Source: Hydrolagus affinis
Lineage: Eukaryota
Direction of reading: 5' to 3'
Assembly: GCA_012026655.1 (NCBI GenBank)
Contig: JAAILG010000667.1
Coordinates: forward strand, 1-64,000
Length of the DNA stretch: 64,000 bases
Below are positions 14,291 through 64,000 of the stretch, in pieces. Positions within the stretch are counted from its first letter, which is position 1. Each line of letters starts with the position of its first letter. The notes under the pieces were generated by a model. It was not told the origin of the DNA. It saw only the letters and a program-made list of their open reading frames with translations, and made no database searches. Made by a program: the position numbers and the translations under genes.

Positions 14291-17200
14291 TTATTTTACT
14301 GATGTGGATAGATTCACAGTCTACATATGGCATACACAATAGTATTTCTGCCTATGTATCAAGCCACCCTTTCACATGACTGAAATAATCTCAGTAATTG
14401 TATATTTTCAATTAAATATTACATTTGTTTTCTCAATATCCTCCTCTACATATTTTTTAAATTTTGCTGCTAACATTTATGCTTGTTTCTGTCTTGGCTT
14501 GCTTTGTAATATCAACAATTATGTATGAAGGTGACTCGGGTCACTTGTCTACACCCAACAGTGTGTAGGAACTTTAGAAAATGCATCACTGTGTTGCAGG
14601 TTACAGTATTGTATAAAATTACTACCACTATGCCTCTATTACTCAGTTTTTGATCCTCATTTGAGAAATGTGCTTTGAGAACTGTGTACTGTATAATTTT
14701 TTAAATTGTCCTCCCTAAAATTTGAGTGCTGTTGATAACTAGGGAATATTTAACAGAATGTTACATTTGAGTTTTAATTTATAAACTAAACCATATGCTG
14801 AAGGTTTGATTGAACCATATGCCGTTTTCTATCTGCACATCAAAAAAGGGGAGTTCGCTGCCCATCTCATTTTGGTTTGTATGTTTGGATGCTGTCTGAT
14901 GTTATTAATGGCAACCTGGGAATGCTCTAAATCAATGTGATGAATGAATACGTGGGTTGTCTACATACCTCTGGCAGGTTTTTGATCTTGTGGGGAAGCC
15001 CTGATATTAGTTACAAAATACTCAAGGTATTATCTACCTCAGTAGGAGGTTAAAATTAGTTTCCCACAAATAGTTGATGTGAATAGATTATTGATCCCAC
15101 AATTGCAGATTAGCATTGTATTAATGTCTGAACCCTAAAATGTAAGACATTATACACTAATTTTAGACCACTTATGCAACTTGAAGGAAATTCTGAACAT
15201 ATGGTTGTATAAAACATAGTAAACACTCTCGCTGTCATGGCTGTTTCTGGCTGTTATCCAATGATGTATAAAGCTGGTCTTCCTCCAAGGCTCTGCTGCA
15301 CACCACACACAATTTTAGTCCTTTATAAATAAAAGGACATTGCACACTGCATATGTTGCACAAGGTAGAGCAGGGATGAAGGAAGCTCATGTGTCTGCTC
15401 AGCTTACATTCTTGCTTGGATCTCATATTTTACTTTGGTGTCTCCCTTAGCAATAAATCTGTGACACAATTGGTCTCAACTCTGCAATTGAACACAACAG
15501 GAACTAAATACATGGAATGTTGTGGGTGTCTTTTGTAGTACAGATGTAGCTGGCAGAATTCCTTTAGTATATCGGTCAAATGGCCTTTCATCATGCCTTC
15601 ATTTTTGAAGCGGAAGATGATGCCAAATGCAGATACATATTTCAGATCAATAGCATCTTGACCCCAGCCTACACTGTGCTCAATCATATATCAGTTACTA
15701 ATATTTATGGTTCAGCAGGAAAATTAAATACCAAGTGTTTTGATATAGGGACATGCCAGAAATCTTAACCTACCTTAGTTATCAAATGTTCATCAGCCTG
15801 TTCTATTTTTGGAAATACATTTCTAGAATATCCTGTAGTCCGTTCACCTAAAATACAGTCACTCCACTTCACAGTAAAGGCTGTGAAGTGCTTTGAGATG
15901 TCCTCCCAACGTGAAAAGTATGATATATGAGGATTATAGGATATGATTGATAAAATAACTGAAGTGAAAAATGAATTCAGGAAGTGTTAATCTTTAAATA
16001 ATCTACATTTTAGTGACTTCAATTGCAGCATCAAGTTGTCATATTCTCTCTCATTCTGCGTAATGATTGGAACAATTTACTTTATTGGACTTTCTAGGGA
16101 ATCGTGAAAGTATCCTGAGGTGATAACATTCGAATAATCTCACTTTTTTATGATGATGTAATCGCTGCACTAATTTAGTTCCAAAACATGATAAATGCAA
16201 TCTAAATAGCTAGGTAGGCCTATAAAACTACAGTATTGGGAGGTTTGCATGCATGCTTCATGAATTCACTTAAACTCGTAGATTAAATTGCACTTTTATC
16301 ACTCTTTCCAAACACCCATAATTTCATATTTATATCTAATTTACCCTGTAGTTACCAGTACAGTCTTCAAAATATTATGTTTTGATGGAAAAACAGTTGC
16401 TTGTAATATTTGCAACAGGATTACCTGCCTCTTTTTACCAGAACTTTAGGCACCCTGTAAACAGCAGGCAAGAACCAAAGTTAGATGGGCAAAATGAGTT
16501 GCAAATCTCAACATTCCCCCCCACATCCCCTTCCAGGGAGGAAGAGAGAAACCAAAAGCTGTTCTTGCAAATTATATGGTGGTCAAATATATGTGAACCT
16601 GGAGACAATACAACAAATTCAAGCAAATAAAAACAACTCACCACCAGAAGGTTGATCAATTTTTACTTTAAATGTAACATTTGTTGACTGAGCAATATTA
16701 ATTGAGTTTTACATTAGCTGTCATCTTTAAATAACTATTGACACTTAAGGGTTTCCTCCGTTTGTTTGCTTAAAAACATCAAAAGATATTATTACCCTAT
16801 GAGGTAACAGGTGAGATTCAGTGTTGTTTGTTTCAAAAACAGGGTTTTTTTTTTGTTCTATGAACATCTCTCTTTGTGGAGTGCAGAGCACATGTCCTCA
16901 TCATAGCAAAGGATGCTTTGCCAACGATCTTGCTTCAGAGGAAAGCTCCTATACATGCAACATTAACTCAACTTCTCGACCAGTGTGACATTTCCATTCC
17001 TGTGATCCTGTGGGAGCGACTGTTGATTTATCAGTTTGTGCTGTGAACCTGTGCCCAAGGAAACTGGGTTGAGTATATCCTAAATTCATAAAAACTCCCT
17101 CCAGCGAGCAGGCAGATGAGATTTCATCCCATCAGTCTAGATGCATTTGAATCAGAGATGAAAGAGTAGCTACTTAACTCACCATATACCCTGATGCCCA

Positions 17201-17623
17201 ACAATGAGAGTAAATCTTTGGCTCTGCCCAGCGTGAATTTGAGTCCAATCCCAGAAGTGAAATGCCATTGTCACCCAGTCCCAGTCAACACATCTTTCCC
17301 ATTGGCAGAGCCCAAAACAAGACCCTGCATTAACGTTTGGCAATAAAGTGGCTGATTACTTAAAATGGAGAGTTTCTGTCATCTGACTATAGAGATAACT
17401 GCTGAACACTTTCTTCTCAGCACATAAGGTTTCGCTTCAGTCGGACTTTCCAGTTGAATAAAATTACTGAGTCATGAGTTTGATTTTCGTTTGGCACTTA
17501 ACCACTGAGTCAAATGTCCAATCTCTTGCCACTTTGTTATTTTAATTCCATAGTCATGACTCATGCATTAAAAAGAACTAAGAAATGGTGCTGTTCGGCA
17601 TGGAAATGTCATGAAAACTAAAG

Positions 17624-18103
17624 TTTAATGCGCTTTTGTGAGCAAATAAATTTTACCCTGGGGCCAACTTCAACACACTACAAATCTCACAGAAATGAGA
17701 TTTCCTATGAAGGCTTTCGTAGGATGGTTAGCAGTAATAGAAACATTTCTTTTTTGTACAAGCAGAAAACTGTAAACAGACCAGTTAATGTTACGCTGTG
17801 CCCATTGTATAAGAACACAGTGATGGAACAGGCACCACTGCATTCATGGGGATCGTCTCAAATTGATGATAGAGGAACTGAATAATTCCTTATAATAGTC
17901 AACTAAACCGTTGGGAGACATTTTAGAAATCATCATACATTTTAGTGAAGGTACATGAGACCCAAAAGATTTTCCGCTCTCCCCATAGACTACCAGTAGC
18001 AGTGAGGACTGGCAACACTTATTTCAAGGTCCTACTGGCCCCTCTCTATAGTATTGATACCACTGTGTTGTCCAGATATTATCTAAAAATGCACCTCTTT
18101 ATT
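17624..18103 (-). terminator. Candidate PSD polyadenylation signals (AATAAA at 18098-18103, ATTAAA at 17624-17629)
   Basis: Hexamers on the minus strand 1.0-1.5 kb past the stop, in a stretch free of recognisable repeats; which one is used cannot be told from sequence. Confidence 0.35.
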
Positions 18104-19087
18104 ACATAAAAGCTAAAAGGACTGAAATGGCACTGCCGAGGATACAGGCTGTGAACCTAACTAAACAGAACAGAAGTCTCATGTAAATCCAAATTATTCT
18201 GTAACTAGTGTTTAAATACTGCCATTAATCATCTTGTTTTATAAAAGACGCATTTAGGTTGACTCTATGCCTTTACTTCATAATAATTTAACATTTAGGG
18301 AAAAAAATGCAGGTTCTAGGAGCAAGAGAAAGGGGAAGGAAAACAAAAGCAAAACACAACATAAATAGAGAATTACTTTCCACCACAAGACTATTGATTG
18401 AATCTTCACTCATATCAGTGCGATTCTCAGTAGTTAGTACATGGGAGTACAGGTGGTTGAAGCTCAATTTGTCACTTCTGTTGCAATATCCAAGAAGCGT
18501 TGCAAAGGCATAGCAAGTCCCACCAAAAACTAAAGTTGTAGCTGCCCCACCAAAGCTTAGCAGTGAACATGTGAGTCTGTCTCAGTGCTATGTTAGAGAC
18601 AAAATCTATCATCGAGCCAACAGAAATACACGATGCAGCTACATGATGCAGCTCAGCCTTCTCACGGCAGCAGCATTCACAGAACAGCTGTTCTGTAAAC
18701 AGAACAGCTAAACCTTTCCAAAAAGTTTTGATGAGGGATCATAAATAAAACTTTAATTGGTCGAAGCCTTGACAGGTCTTCTCCTAGACCTCAGCATGAG
18801 CATCAGTAGTCTTCATATCCACAGCAGCTGATTGTGTTCCAAAGGCCTATCATTGAATCTTTTGAACCAGGGCTTCTCTTCCATCACAGTGTCCTGATCT
18901 TGGTATCTGTCCATACACATCCACTTCAAGAGAAAACCTCAACTGTCATTCACTGAGCAGGCCGTGAACCACAAAAGTTCCAACTGACGTGAGCAGCTAC
19001 CATTGGCACTATTCTAAATTCATAAGTTGTATCCGAATGTTACATACTAGCTAGCGAGCCTTGATACAAAGCTCCACTAACAGTGCA

Positions 19088-62810
<43,723 letters not shown>

Positions 62811-64000
62811 CTAAAAATAAAAGCACACAAATCCCATGTATGAACAAATAAAAATCAGCAGGAAAACATCCCTAACAGTGACTCTGCAGACTATTTCATC
62901 TATTCAAGCAAAATGATATTTCCAACTTTGACAGAAAGATCACAACACAACTTTTTAGGGATGTTGCAGTTTTCTTAAAAGTCTCAGTTTAGCCCAATGT
63001 ACAGTGTTGGAAAGCTGAGGTTCTCCCATTCTACTCTACTGTAACCAATAAAAATGACAAATAAAGCATAAAATATAAGGCATAATGCAAGGCAAACAAA
63101 GTAATACATAAGTGAAATATTCACATGTCCCTCAGGTGACCTGCTTCAGTGCATTTTCAGTGTTGTTTTGAACTGACACAGAGGCATGTACCCAGGGTAG
63201 CCTGGGCATGATTTATAGTATTCCTCAGATCTTCCCTCCTGCCCTGTGGGCAAATGGGAAACAGCTGTACAATAACTCTTTCATAATATTTCAAACGTTC
63301 AGATTTGCTTCAGTCAGAATACAAGATGTTGTTGCCAAGTTATCTTTGAAACATTTCATTTATTTATTTGTACAACAGATCAATAGCGAAAGTAAACCCA
63401 GGTATATAATATTTACAAGAGGAGTAGTCTTAAGTTAAGAGCAAGATAAGATTCCATCTTTAGAGTTAGACTACTGTACTGATCTACTCCATTCAGCTAA
63501 TTGGACGTACAGGTAAAATATGATGCGACTTAGAAATCCCTCAAAGGGTTTTGGTAAAACACTGAATTCAGGATGCAATTACAGCATTCTGCAGGCTGAT
63601 TTCTTGTTGTTGATATAAAGGCCTGTAAGTGACTGCATTATTTGCCTTTTCATAATACCAACCTGACCTGAAACCGACTGAATGCTTCAAATCAAACTAG
63701 CCTTTTGATAATAGCTTGACTTGAAATTAACTAAATGCTTCACACATAAAACTAGAGAGACTGATTGTATTTTACAGAGTGTTCATTCCATACTGTAACA
63801 ATCAACTCTATGATTCAATCAAGGTTTACACAAAGTAAGCAATTTTTAACTGGAAGAATGCAATTTTCATTGATCCAAGAGAAACACAATTATATATGTG
63901 CTAAACAAAAGGTGCAACACTCAATAAGTGGGTTGTAATTACATTACAATGATGGTTATCCATTCATGTAATTGGAGAACAAGCTGAAACACCCAAATTT

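Noticed and set aside
18681-18694. Glucocorticoid/androgen response element AGAACA..TGTTCT
   Set aside because: Spacer is 2 nt, not the required 3

Overview
This is eukaryotic, AT-rich, CpG-depleted vertebrate DNA. The repeat families (SacSINE1/Deu-type SINEs, CR1, L2 with (TTG)n tails, Penelope fragments) suggest a cartilaginous fish; that assignment is inference. The main feature is a minus-strand PSD gene (EFA6A, an Arf6 GEF with Sec7, PH and coiled-coil domains). I traced 15 coding exons by hand from 62810 down to the stop at 19088. All have GT-AG boundaries and consistent phases (2649 nt, 882 aa plus stop). The 5' end lies beyond the window. The remainder is intron or intergenic DNA dense in retroposons, with two inverted Tc1/pogo-type MITEs and a probable non-autonomous Helitron. 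Best leads: (1) an L2 element inserted into a PSD splice acceptor, where its (GTT)n tail now forms the acceptor and the apparent old branch point sits about 410 nt away; (2) inverted MITEs bracketing an in-frame 300-nt pair of PH-domain exons; (3) three candidate internal first exons in the 16-kb intron before the Sec7 exons; (4) Penelope-borne hammerhead-ribozyme cores sharing one core variant; (5) a triple AP-1 cluster downstream of the stop codon. I found no evidence of a wholly new multi-gene system. Repeat boundaries are approximate and family names come from recalled consensus sequences.
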